Part shown: piece by piece, positions 1 to 8,823 of the stretch
Layout of the letters: each line of letters opens with the position of its first letter
How positions within the stretch are numbered: the first letter of the stretch is position 1
Source of the DNA: a virus
Lineage: Duplodnaviria; Caudoviricetes
Direction: 5' to 3' (one strand)
IMG/VR virus record: IMGVR_UViG_3300020460_000012
DNA length: 64,000 nucleotides
Position numbers and translations under genes: made by a program
Notes under the pieces: model-generated
Database searches by the model: none
What the model was told of the DNA's origin: nothing
The model's input: only the letters and a program-made list of their open reading frames with translations

Positions 1-1
1 T

Positions 2-184
2 ATCAATGGCATCAACCATTGTATTTTTATCATGCTCGTACTTTTGTGCAAATTCTTCACGTAATTCAGCAGTTACCTGCATTTTATTTTCTTGAATTTT
101 TGCATTCCATGCTTCTTCAATCTCAGCCTTAATTTCGGATGATACCACGTCATTTTCAAAAAGTGTTTTTAGTGCATCTATCAT
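2..184 (-). CDS. Prohead core/scaffolding protein (T4 gp22-like), 5' part only; runs off the window edge
   Basis: Not in the ORF track. Hand translation from ATG at 184 (AGGAG upstream) gives MIDALKTLFENDVVSSEIKAEIEEAWNAKIQENKMQVTAELREEFAQKYEHDKNTMVDAID, an acidic coiled-coil. It follows the protease gene, as gp22 does in T4-like phages. Confidence 0.75.
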   Translation of the reverse strand, partial: MIDALKTLFENDVVSSEIKAEIEEAWNAKIQENKMQVTAELREEFAQKYEHDKNTMVDAID

Positions 185-198
185 ACCATTCTCCTAGT

Positions 199-831
199 TT
201 ATTGGAGTTTACTAATCAGATTGATTAGTGATTCCTTAAGATACTTTTGTGCCTTTGGATCGTGTTTAGTTGCCTGTGCTAATTCGTATGCCTTCATTCC
301 TCCACGTGCATTCATTAGATGCTCGTATATTGGTGTTGGATATGCACCAGGGGCGCTTGGCTGTGCCACAACGTCCACGGTGATTATTTCAAAGTCGGAA
401 ACTTCTCCGCTTCCATCTTCCATAACATTGCCCGAACCCCTTGATGAGACTCCTAATTTTACTCCGCTTTCAAGCATTGTTTTAACTAGTTGTCCCATCG
501 GGGTTGGTAATACTTTTAGTTTACCGTAACCATTTGCATCGTCCATCCACATTTCTGTGATCATGTGTGATACACGGTCAAGGTTGATGTTAAGTCCTTC
601 TGGATGATCTACTTCTCCGAGAACTGAATATCCTCCAGTAATTTGATCGTTGAGAGTTTTGACAGCCCTGCCTATTTCGGATACAGGATACACTCGCTGA
701 TTGGCATTTCTTATACCGCCTTGGATAACAATACCTTTCATATAAAGGTCTTTGCCACCACTATCGTTGTCGGCAGTTTCAATAACCATTTTAGCCTGGT
801 CAAATGTCAAGTTCTCTCGTAAGTTAATCAT
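199..831 (-). CDS. gp21: Prohead core protein protease (T4 gp21-like)
   Basis: Motifs GIVIQGGIRNANQRVYP, LGEVDHP (His), GKLKVLPTPMG, GVSSRGSG (Ser) and DVVAQPSAPGAY; located in the head module. Confidence 0.93.
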   Translation of the reverse strand: MINLRENLTFDQAKMVIETADNDSGGKDLYMKGIVIQGGIRNANQRVYPVSEIGRAVKTLNDQITGGYSVLGEVDHPEGLNINLDRVSHMITEMWMDDANGYGKLKVLPTPMGQLVKTMLESGVKLGVSSRGSGNVMEDGSGEVSDFEIITVDVVAQPSAPGAYPTPIYEHLMNARGGMKAYELAQATKHDPKAQKYLKESLINLISKLQ

Positions 832-846
832 TCAAATTTCCTTAAC

Positions 847-1848
847 TTAACCGCCAACAACAGGTTTTTTGTTATCAGCGTCTTCTGGCTTGCTTTTCTT
901 CTCTGCACCATGTCCTGGTTGTGCTTTTAATGACTTAGAAGCTTTACCACCTGGTACATTTACATTGCCGCCGTCTTGGTCTTTTGGACTTGCGTCTCCT
1001 AGACCAGCATGCTCGCCACCGCTTTCTTCAGCACCTTGTGCTATGTTACTTGCTGTGCCTCCCATGTTATTTGGGCTTGCGACTGTGCTTTTTGCATTAG
1101 CACCATTGTCTCCGCCTATTTTTTGAGCGTCTAAACCGCCGCCGGATACTTTTTCTACGTACTCACGCATTTCTTCTCCAGCAGTTTTTGGAGTTTTAGA
1201 CTCCTCAACTTCTTCATCAGTAGCTTCTTCTACTTCATCAGTAGCTTCTTCTACTTCTTCGTCTGATGCTTCTTCTACTTCATCTTCTGAAGCTTCAAAA
1301 GCTGATGCTTCTTCAGGCTCTTCATCACCTGGCTCTTCATCGCCACCTTCATCGCCTGCCATCATTTTTTCAAATTCTGCTTTAAGATCTTCAAGTGCAT
1401 CTTCTAGATCTTCAACACGATCTTCAACGTCACCTTCTGGCTCATCGTCGCCGCCTTCGTCGTCGTCGCCGCCTTCGTCGTCCATTCCAAGATCTGACAT
1501 CATATCATCTGTTGGATCTGCTTCTACAGCTACGGCTGTAGGATCAGCTTCAACTTCAAATTCGTCTAAGTCAAAGTTTTCTTCAACTTCGTCATCTTTT
1601 GCTTCGTCGACTTCTTCATCTGACGCTTCGTCTACTTCTTCATCAGAAGCTTCATCAACTTCCTCATCTGAAGCTTCATCTACAGCTTCATCAGTAGCTT
1701 CGTCAACGTCTTTATCGTCTTCTAGAAGTCCTTCGTAAATATCTCTGGATTTTTCCACTACAATCTCGTGGAATAGTTTTTCTGCCGCCTCTTTGTCTTC
1801 ATTGACAAGGAGTTCTAGCATTTGTTCAAATTTATTGCGATCTGCCAT
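847..1848 (-). CDS. Highly acidic prohead core/scaffold-associated protein
   Basis: 333 aa, extremely D/E-rich with EEV(D/E)EA(S/T)D repeats; GGAGAG SD; lies between the portal and protease genes. Confidence 0.6.
   Translation of the reverse strand: MADRNKFEQMLELLVNEDKEAAEKLFHEIVVEKSRDIYEGLLEDDKDVDEATDEAVDEASDEEVDEASDEEVDEASDEEVDEAKDDEVEENFDLDEFEVEADPTAVAVEADPTDDMMSDLGMDDEGGDDDEGGDDEPEGDVEDRVEDLEDALEDLKAEFEKMMAGDEGGDEEPGDEEPEEASAFEASEDEVEEASDEEVEEATDEVEEATDEEVEESKTPKTAGEEMREYVEKVSGGGLDAQKIGGDNGANAKSTVASPNNMGGTASNIAQGAEESGGEHAGLGDASPKDQDGGNVNVPGGKASKSLKAQPGHGAEKKSKPEDADNKKPVVGG
1201..1295 (-). repeat. Degenerate tandem repeat encoding EEVEEA(S/T)D-type units
   Basis: Recurrent tcatcagtagcttcttctact-like units (about 21-24 bp) inside 847..1848. 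Confidence 0.75.
1600..1705 (-). repeat. Degenerate 24-bp tandem repeat encoding EEVDEASD
   Basis: The protein reads EASDEEVD three times, followed by EAKDDEVE. Confidence 0.8.
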
Positions 1849-1872
1849 TTTACTCTCCTATAATGTATTATG

Positions 1873-1889
1873 CATACCGAATCGGTATG
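1873..1889. promoter_or_regulatory. Perfect inverted repeat CATACCG-aat-CGGTATG in the leader of the head-core operon
   Basis: Seen directly, between the TAAATA at 1903-1908 and the SD of 847..1848. Confidence 0.45.
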
Positions 1890-1902
1890 GGCTGTCATAA
1901 TA

Positions 1903-1908
1903 TATTTA
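1903..1908 (-). promoter_or_regulatory. Late promoter core TAAATA
   Basis: Same hexamer recurs upstream of many structural genes; resembles the T4 late promoter TATAAATA. Confidence 0.55.
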
Positions 1909-1967
1909 CTTTTTTTGCAGAAAACTACGTAGATATAGGCTCAAAACGAGCCATTTTGACTAGTTTG

Positions 1968-2681
1968 TCAGATTTTAAAGGAATTTTTGAAATCCCTTAT
2001 GTGAATATTCTCCACATTTTCTAATTTTGTCAGCTCAGGAGGAGTAAAAAATGCTTCTCCTAACACTCTTATATATCTCTTTTTTGGAAAATTTTGGCAA
2101 GTAATTGTAGTTTGTTTAAGCCAATTTCCAAAATATGTTGCTTTTTCAGTGGGACTTTTGTAGTTAGGAGTACCTGCATATATGTTGTTTACAAGCTGTC
2201 CGGTGCCTTCGAAATCAAATCCTAAGATGTAGATAGTATCATATTCAGTCATATCTGAAGCAAACCATAATGCTGTTGGTCCACTACTCCATCCCTTAGA
2301 CGGTTGAAAAAAGTTAAATCCTGTCATATTAGCATATGCTCTATTAGGATTAGTCCATGTTTCTACTTTATGCTGTATACCTTCTCTATTAATTTCTAAT
2401 ATCATTTTAGTATCAACAGCTACAAGATAATCTGGAATAAAATCTCTATAAAGAGCATTACATCCGTATATTTTACCAAATGGACGCAAAGTTTCTAAAT
2501 TTATAGGAGATCTACTAGTGCCATTACCTATTACAAATGCAATTTTATTATTCGTTGGTGCATTAACAATTTGATTCTGAATATGTTCAGAATTATTAGA
2601 TAGGCTTTGTTTTTTGGCTTTGGCTAAGTTTTTCCGAGCTTTACGTTGCTCTTTGGTCTCGCCAGGAATATATTTTTTCAT
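1968..2681 (-). CDS. DUF115/Maf-type (glycosyltransferase-like) protein with a basic N-terminal tail
   Basis: IAFVIGNGTSR, IYGCNALYR, PDYLVAVD, GWSSG and IYILGFDF motifs resemble the MAF_flag10/DUF115 family; N-terminus is K/R-rich. Confidence 0.5.
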   Translation of the reverse strand: MKKYIPGETKEQRKARKNLAKAKKQSLSNNSEHIQNQIVNAPTNNKIAFVIGNGTSRSPINLETLRPFGKIYGCNALYRDFIPDYLVAVDTKMILEINREGIQHKVETWTNPNRAYANMTGFNFFQPSKGWSSGPTALWFASDMTEYDTIYILGFDFEGTGQLVNNIYAGTPNYKSPTEKATYFGNWLKQTTITCQNFPKKRYIRVLGEAFFTPPELTKLENVENIHIRDFKNSFKI

Positions 2682-2692
2682 TCATCTTACTT

Positions 2693-2935
2693 TTATGCAG
2701 TTTCTGCGTTAGCCGCAATACCATACATTTGCTTTACAAATTGTAACTCTTTAAGTTTTTCTTCTGTATGCAGTTCAGATGCTTTACGTATTCTATTGAT
2801 TTGAAAAAGTTTTAGTCTTGATTTACGTGTATCGTCTTTTTCAACAGGAGTGTCATCGTATTCAGCTTGGTAGCGTTTATCTTCTACTGGCTCAATAGTT
2901 TCTCTGTCAAAATAAAATAATTCACGTAGTATCAT
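2693..2935 (-). CDS. Small hypothetical protein, possibly head-associated
   Basis: 80-aa ORF starting MILRELF, with TATAAATA 5 nt upstream of the ATG. Confidence 0.6.
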   Translation of the reverse strand: MILRELFYFDRETIEPVEDKRYQAEYDDTPVEKDDTRKSRLKLFQINRIRKASELHTEEKLKELQFVKQMYGIAANAETA

Positions 2936-2940
2936 GTTAG

Positions 2941-2948
2941 TATTTATA
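2941..2948 (-). promoter_or_regulatory. Late promoter TATAAATA (exact T4 late consensus)
   Basis: Plus-strand tatttata at 2941-2948, 5 nt from the ATG of 2693..2935. Confidence 0.65.
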
Positions 2949-4695
2949 CCGTTTGGTCTGTTGTTGCTGGAGCCGGCGCGGCATCTCCTCCAGTTGCAGT
3001 TTCGGGTGCATCACCTGCTCCTCCATCAATCGGAGCCGCTTCGTCACCTTGGACTTCGTCTTCCATGTTTCCAAGATCGTCACCTATAGTTGCTGGACTA
3101 ATACCAGCATCTCTCATTTCTGCAGAAGCTTCACCCGGAATAGGATCTAAGTTTTCTTCGTTTTCTTCTCTCCATAGTCTTTCATTCTCAGCAAGTTCTT
3201 CATCTGACATACCTAAGAAGCGTTTTAGTGCAAATCTATTAGACATATATGGTATAGCCGCCATTTGAGTATATGTAGGCACCCTTGCATTATCAATTTC
3301 TGCTTGTCTATAGCTTGCAAAGTTTTGTGGTGGTTGAAACTTTAGATCAAACATTGAAGTATCAACGTTTAATCCTTTTTCTAATAAGTATCTTTTAAAT
3401 TCTTGATCAAACTCTTCAACGAGTAAGTTTTGTAAACGTTCACAATATGTGTTAAATCTTAACTCTTGTATGTAAGCAGTTCCGACTCTACCATCGTTGT
3501 ATTGAGAAGCACTGTCGTCAGCGCCTGTGGGTAAATATGAACTCGGGATTCGTAAACCGCGTACAAGCTTATTAGTAAAATATCTAAGGTCATCTATTTC
3601 TCCTAAGTTTGTACCGCCTGGAAGTGTTTCAACTTTTGATCCTCGTCCTTCAGCTGTTTGTGGAAAAAAGTAATCTTCGTTGATTGACAAAGGATTGTAT
3701 GAACTGTCTATGACATTAGTTCCGCCCCCAGTCTGCGATGGTATACGTCTTTGATGTATTTCCGTCTTTACACGCTCTACAAATTGCATAGCAAGGTGTG
3801 ATGGCATGTTGCCCACATCAACATAAAAAACTCTTCTTTCAGGAGCACGTTGTACTCTGTAAATTATAATAGCATCTTCTAGTAATTCTTTTTGTTTATA
3901 AACTTTAAATATTGTTTCTAATAAAGAATTACCAAAAGGATAGTTATTATCTAAACCTTCACTCAAACTTAAATGCACTACATGTTTTGCATCTACAGTT
4001 ACTTCGCCGTCATCAGTAGTAAATCTACTTCCGCTCATGCTTGATTGAGGTTGTCCTACCATTCCTCTTGCGCCACCAATTCCATTATACTGTTGACTTC
4101 CACTAGTTATATTTCCAGTAGTATGATAAGGAGTAGTAGCAATACCGTCTTTAAAATTAAAGTTGATATTTTTTATTACATATTGTTCTGGAAGTTTTCC
4201 TTCACTTTCATTTACAATAATACGTGTTACATTAGCTGGATCAACATGAAACCATCTTTTTGTTTCTGGATCTCTTACAAAAAATTGATCACCATACTTA
4301 AAGCTATTACGTACTGTACGAAACATTTTTGTTTCAAAATTTTGTAGCTTACACCATTGCCTTAAATATTGTCCAATAATATTAACTTCGTTATTTGTTG
4401 CTTTATTTTTATAATCTACCATAAAAGGTGTATTATTTGCTTTATTTTTTTGTGTGCAAAATTCAGCAAGAATATCCAAAGCCGCATTTACTTCTGAGTC
4501 TTGGTCCATAGTGTTGTATTGTGCATATCTCTCAACACGATTTGGACTACCTACATATACATCAGGAAGATAGCTTGAATAATTTGATCTAGCGGGACCA
4601 GCTAGGTTTCCACTGCTACGAGCAGTAAATGGACTATAGCTCCCGTTTGAATTGTCACCTGTTGGTATAGGTGTAAAATATTTCTTCCAACTCAA
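2944..4695 (-). CDS. gp20: Portal protein (T4 gp20-like)
   Basis: RYAQYNTMDQDSEVNAALDI, LEDAIIIYRVQRAPERRVFYVDVGNMP, SINEDYFFPQTAEGRGSKVETLPGG and LRIPSSYL are hallmark gp20-family motifs; acidic C-terminal tail. Confidence 0.93.
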   Translation of the reverse strand: MSWKKYFTPIPTGDNSNGSYSPFTARSSGNLAGPARSNYSSYLPDVYVGSPNRVERYAQYNTMDQDSEVNAALDILAEFCTQKNKANNTPFMVDYKNKATNNEVNIIGQYLRQWCKLQNFETKMFRTVRNSFKYGDQFFVRDPETKRWFHVDPANVTRIIVNESEGKLPEQYVIKNINFNFKDGIATTPYHTTGNITSGSQQYNGIGGARGMVGQPQSSMSGSRFTTDDGEVTVDAKHVVHLSLSEGLDNNYPFGNSLLETIFKVYKQKELLEDAIIIYRVQRAPERRVFYVDVGNMPSHLAMQFVERVKTEIHQRRIPSQTGGGTNVIDSSYNPLSINEDYFFPQTAEGRGSKVETLPGGTNLGEIDDLRYFTNKLVRGLRIPSSYLPTGADDSASQYNDGRVGTAYIQELRFNTYCERLQNLLVEEFDQEFKRYLLEKGLNVDTSMFDLKFQPPQNFASYRQAEIDNARVPTYTQMAAIPYMSNRFALKRFLGMSDEELAENERLWREENEENLDPIPGEASAEMRDAGISPATIGDDLGNMEDEVQGDEAAPIDGGAGDAPETATGGDAAPAPATTDQTV

Positions 4696-7619
4696 TTTAA
4701 TCTCTCCGCTAAATTAAATATACTTCCGCTTGTTTTCTTAGTATTGCTAGCTGTCATTTCCTCTTGTACTAATATTCTAGCTAAAATTTCTTCTATTCTC
4801 TGCATTGTAGTATTTAACTGATCTTGTCCTGAATTGCTACCTAAACCGGCTATGATGCTTCCAGCACTAGTATCTCCACCATCAGTGTTATTTCCAGTTC
4901 TAGCATTGTTTCTTCCTGATCTGCTTTGACGATTTACTTCTTTCATTGCATCTGCTAGATCTTCCATTGCTTCAGCTAGATCTTCTACATTTCTATAATT
5001 TTTGCCAAGATCTCCTAGTTCACCTAGTGTTGCTGACAAGTTTGGAATAGAAGTAATACTTGCTAGCGAGGTAGATACTCCTGACAATCCTTCGCTGTCT
5101 ACAGTTGCAAGTTCTTTCATGTTACTTACAAAGTTTTTATGTAAAGACAAAGTTCCTAATTCATCACTAGGCATAGAGCTAAGTGCATTTCCAAATGCAA
5201 CTAATGCTTCTGAATTAGCTTTTACTTTTTCTGCATTTAGATCCATGTTGCCAAAATTAGTCAATTGTTCAAATGGAGTTTGTGCTCCAAAAAATCCTGC
5301 AATAGCTTGACCAAAAGCGGCAAATACACCGGATCCTGGCATTGTAGTTGGGAGTGACATCATTGCATTTCCAAATGCTACCATTGCTTCTGCGTTTGTT
5401 TTTACTTTTGCACCATCTATGTTTGCATCTGCAAACTTTTGTATCCTTGTTATAGGATCATCAGCACCAAATAGTTGCCCAATTCCTTCTGAAATACTTC
5501 CTACTAGTGTTCCTAATCCTGCTACTGCTGTTCCTGCTCCAAATGCTGCCATACCCAATGATAAAGAAACCATTGCATCTCCAGCGGCTCCAATTTTTGC
5601 TCCGTCAAGGTCCTCAAAAGATTTTAGTCCGTCTACAAATGTAGGTAACGCTTTGCCTAGTATCCATGATGCACCTGCAATACCTGCACCTATTGCTACA
5701 ATGGCAGCACCTAGTGCCGCCGCGCCTACTGGTACCATTGGATGAGCAAAAGCTCTTAAACCAGCCGCCGCACCTTTCATAACACCTTCACCTAGTCCAC
5801 CTACAAAGCCTCCTACGGATTTACCTATTTTAGCTCCGCCAGTGGTGGCGCCTGGCTTGCCACCAGGTAATGATTTACCTCCGCCACCGCCGCCAAACAT
5901 TCCACCGATACCGCTTACTAATGCTCCGCTTACTGCTTTAAGTGCAAACAAGGCCGCAAACGCTCCTGCTATTCCTAGTATAACTTTTGGATTTGTAATT
6001 GCACTTACAAACGCATCGCCTAGTACTGATCCTAATCCTGATACTGCTCTATCAAATACAGCTTTAAATCCACCTTCTTTGAACAGATCAATAAACTCTT
6101 TTGTTTTAGATGCAAATGCTTCTGCTAATTCTTCTACACGTTTTTTAAATTCTGCACTGCCAAATACTTCACTAAGTCCTCCCATTGCATCGCCTAATGC
6201 ATCAAACAATCCACTATCAATTAATGCAGTTTGTATTGTTGCTCTTAATGATTTAATTGCGTCATCAAAAGTCGTCATGTTTTGTGTATTTTGATCAATC
6301 TTTTTCTGATCTTCACGTACTTGTTTTAAATTAATTTGACCAGCTTCTGCCATCTTTGTTGAAGCATCTAAGAAATCAGCAATCTCTGGCTGTGTTTTTC
6401 TTAATTGAGCAATAAATGCCGCTCTAGCTTTTGCATCAGCAATTTTATCGCCTGTATCTATTTGAGCAAACTTTTCAAGCTCTCCTCCTGCTCTTGAAAA
6501 TGCATCCAATAATACTTGTGGGTCTGCTCCGGCGCCTACAGCTTCTAATGCTTTTTTAACTTCGTCTGCGCCTGGACCTAATGCCGCTAAAAATTTTGCA
6601 GTCCTGTCATCTTGAACTACACCATCTAGTAGGTCTTTTAGTGCATAACTTGCTTCCCCACCATATGTGTCTATAAGTGACAATGATGCTTGTAAGTTTT
6701 CAAATTCTTTTGTACCTTCACCAAGAGCATTTAACAATCCTCTGATACCAGCATCAGTTGCTTGTGCCGCCAATTGTGCTTCTACTTCTTTACGTGACTT
6801 ACCTGTTGCTCTAGCTAATAAGTCTATTTGTTTAAGATAAGCCGCGGAACCTTTAGCTAAATCGGCGTTGCTTTTACCTTCAAGTCTACCTAAATTTCTC
6901 TGTAAACTTATATAATCAACCATTCCTTCATTAAGTTCCATAACAGTGAAACCTAAATTTTTCAAAGCGGCAAAGTCTCCGGTTGCTTTGAGGCTTTTGT
7001 TCATAGCGGCAAATCTAATTTGACCTGCGGCTACATTGCCTCCTAGCATTCTCATTGCTTCGGAACTTTGCATTATTAGCCCAGCATACTCTCCCATATT
7101 CAATTCTAAGTTAGCCGCCGCTCTGCGTACTTCCGTTATACTATTTCCTAAAGTACCACCAACTGTTGACAGTTGTCTATAACTTTCTACAGTATTGTCA
7201 ATTAAAGATGCTAAAGGTGCAATAGCGTTGCCAAGAATAGGAATATGCTTTGTAAAATCTCCAAATTGTTCTCCGCCTTGGAGTAGTTCATTACTAAAAC
7301 CTTTGATTGCTCCAAGTGTAGCACCAACTGCACCAAGCATAGCGCCAGCCATTGCTCTACCTAGATTACTAGTAGCTTTAGTTGTTTCTTTAGTAGCCTT
7401 TACATTATCTTTAAGGGCATCTCTATTTTTAGTGCTTACAGTAATACCGCTTTTAACAGCTTCGTTATGTAATTTTTGTAGTTTTGCGGCTTCTGCTTTA
7501 GGGTCTATGCCCATTTTCTTAGCCATAGCCTCTATTGAGGTCGTTAGGCGAGCAAGGGTAGCTTCACTAGCTACTCCGTTTTGTCCGCCAACATTACCAA
7601 TATCTACTTCTTCAGCCAA
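4692..7619 (-). CDS. Tape-measure-like protein
   Basis: 975 aa, Ala/Gly-rich and helical, with hydrophobic segments and internal repeats (GAKVKTNAEAMVAFGNAM / AEKVKANSEALVAFGNAL); TTG start; adjacent to a frameshifting chaperone pair. Confidence 0.72.
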   Translation of the reverse strand: MAEEVDIGNVGGQNGVASEATLARLTTSIEAMAKKMGIDPKAEAAKLQKLHNEAVKSGITVSTKNRDALKDNVKATKETTKATSNLGRAMAGAMLGAVGATLGAIKGFSNELLQGGEQFGDFTKHIPILGNAIAPLASLIDNTVESYRQLSTVGGTLGNSITEVRRAAANLELNMGEYAGLIMQSSEAMRMLGGNVAAGQIRFAAMNKSLKATGDFAALKNLGFTVMELNEGMVDYISLQRNLGRLEGKSNADLAKGSAAYLKQIDLLARATGKSRKEVEAQLAAQATDAGIRGLLNALGEGTKEFENLQASLSLIDTYGGEASYALKDLLDGVVQDDRTAKFLAALGPGADEVKKALEAVGAGADPQVLLDAFSRAGGELEKFAQIDTGDKIADAKARAAFIAQLRKTQPEIADFLDASTKMAEAGQINLKQVREDQKKIDQNTQNMTTFDDAIKSLRATIQTALIDSGLFDALGDAMGGLSEVFGSAEFKKRVEELAEAFASKTKEFIDLFKEGGFKAVFDRAVSGLGSVLGDAFVSAITNPKVILGIAGAFAALFALKAVSGALVSGIGGMFGGGGGGKSLPGGKPGATTGGAKIGKSVGGFVGGLGEGVMKGAAAGLRAFAHPMVPVGAAALGAAIVAIGAGIAGASWILGKALPTFVDGLKSFEDLDGAKIGAAGDAMVSLSLGMAAFGAGTAVAGLGTLVGSISEGIGQLFGADDPITRIQKFADANIDGAKVKTNAEAMVAFGNAMMSLPTTMPGSGVFAAFGQAIAGFFGAQTPFEQLTNFGNMDLNAEKVKANSEALVAFGNALSSMPSDELGTLSLHKNFVSNMKELATVDSEGLSGVSTSLASITSIPNLSATLGELGDLGKNYRNVEDLAEAMEDLADAMKEVNRQSRSGRNNARTGNNTDGGDTSAGSIIAGLGSNSGQDQLNTTMQRIEEILARILVQEEMTASNTKKTSGSIFNLAERLN

Positions 7620-7645
7620 GATTCTTCTTCCGAGTTATATACGCA

Positions 7646-7657
7646 TATAAATATTTA
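7646..7657. promoter_or_regulatory. Bidirectional late promoter: TATAAATA (+) overlapping TAAATA (-), forming the palindrome TAAATATTTA
   Basis: Lies in the 77-bp gap between the divergent tape-measure and chaperone genes; further minus-strand TAAATA at 7665-7670 and 7678-7683. Confidence 0.6.
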
Positions 7658-7696
7658 TGATATATATTTACGTAATGTATTTATCAGGAGAAAAAT

Positions 7697-8599
7697 ATGG
7701 CAGAATTTAACCCAGATGATGCTAACGAAAATTTGCGATCGTTGGCCCAAGTATCAGAGCAAAACCCACTAAAGAAATACTTTAGGCAACCTAAAGTTTA
7801 TATTACACTACCAAGTAAAGGAAGATTCTATAATCCTGACGCTATAGACATGCCCGAATCTCAAGAATTGCCAGTATTTGCCATGACTGCAAGAGATGAG
7901 CTTACTATGCAAACTCCTGATGCTTTACTCAATGGACAAGCTACAGTAGACCTTATTAAAAGTTGCATGCCAAACATTTTAGATCCTTGGCAAATGCCAT
8001 CTATTGATTTAGATGCAAGCTTAATTGCAATTAGGATTGCTACTTATGGCGAACAGATGGATCTTACAACAAAAGAACCTGGTACAGGTGAAGAGAAAAC
8101 GTTCGCTGTAGATTTACGTCAATTACTTAATAAATTAGTTACTGTAGAATATGAAACAACAATTAATATCCAAGATATGACTGTTACTATTAGACCACTA
8201 ACTTATAGAGAGTTTACTGAAAGTAGTTTAAAAACATTTGAAGAACAGAGAATTTTTAACCTTGTAAACGATGAAGAAATAGATGATGAAGAAAAATTAG
8301 CAAGATTTAATACAAGTTTTGCAAAGCTAACTGATCTTACAGTGTCAGTATTATCAAAAAGTATTCATCAAATACAAATTGGTGACACTGTTGTAACCGA
8401 CCAAGGTCATATCGATGAGTTTATTAAAAATACAGACAAAGAATTCTTTAAGGAAGTTACAGATCATTTAGAAGGTCAAAGAGCAAAGTTTACATTAGAA
8501 CCAATTAAGGTTACTTCTACTCCAGAAGATATTGAAAAAGGTGCTCCTGAAAATTGGGAGATTCCAATCACCTTTGACCAATCAAATTTTTTCGCATAA
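7697..8599 (+). CDS. Baseplate-hub/tail assembly chaperone (T4 gp26-like; G-type product)
   Basis: NPLKKYFRQPKVYITLPSKGRFY, LPVFAMTARDEL, DLDASLIAIRIATYG; ends FDQSNFFA across a slippery site; AGGAG SD. Confidence 0.72.
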   Translation: MAEFNPDDANENLRSLAQVSEQNPLKKYFRQPKVYITLPSKGRFYNPDAIDMPESQELPVFAMTARDELTMQTPDALLNGQATVDLIKSCMPNILDPWQMPSIDLDASLIAIRIATYGEQMDLTTKEPGTGEEKTFAVDLRQLLNKLVTVEYETTINIQDMTVTIRPLTYREFTESSLKTFEEQRIFNLVNDEEIDDEEKLARFNTSFAKLTDLTVSVLSKSIHQIQIGDTVVTDQGHIDEFIKNTDKEFFKEVTDHLEGQRAKFTLEPIKVTSTPEDIEKGAPENWEIPITFDQSNFFA

Positions 8600-8630
8600 G
8601 GATCTTAGCCTGGTCGGTGACTGAGATCCT
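8584..8630 (+). promoter_or_regulatory. Programmed -1 ribosomal frameshift signal
   Basis: In-frame heptamers A-AAT-TTT (8584-8590) and T-TTT-TTC (8587-8593), a 5-nt spacer, then a 10-bp stem AGGATCTTAG (8599-8608) / CTGAGATCCT (8621-8630) with one G-U pair; the -1 frame is open to 8823. Confidence 0.78.
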
Positions 8631-8823
8631 AGAAGAAGTGAAAAAAATGGAAAACCAACAAAAACAAACAAGATCAGAAGTAATGAAGTTATGTTGGTAT
8701 ATGCGTGGCGGTATGACTCTAGACGAAGGCTTTGCTTCATCTTATGAAGACAGATTACTACTTGCTGACATTGTCAAAGAAAATTTAGAAATAACAAAGA
8801 AAAGCGGAATGCCTTTCTTTTAA
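8593..8823 (+). CDS. -1 frame extension (GT-type / gp51-like), giving a predicted ~375-aa fusion with 7697..8599
   Basis: The frame continues RIRILAWSVTEILEEV...LCWYMRGGMTLDE...PFF. The track's GTG start (8617) has no good SD and lies in the loop of the stem. Confidence 0.65.
   Translation, partial: RIRILAWSVTEILEEVKKMENQQKQTRSEVMKLCWYMRGGMTLDEGFASSYEDRLLLADIVKENLEITKKSGMPFF

Noticed and set aside
221-1126. Plus-strand ORFs 221..529 and 869..1126
   Set aside because: Antisense shadows of the protease and acidic core genes, with no SD or recognisable motifs.
5002-7772. Plus-strand ORFs within the tape-measure gene, and minus-strand 7581..7772
   Set aside because: Antisense open frames caused by codon bias of an Ala/Gly-rich gene; 7581..7772 overlaps the promoter gap and the chaperone gene.
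8617-8823. Independent 68-aa gene starting at GTG 8617
   Set aside because: Not excluded, but it has no well-spaced SD and the GTG is inside a hairpin; frameshift fusion explains the frame better.
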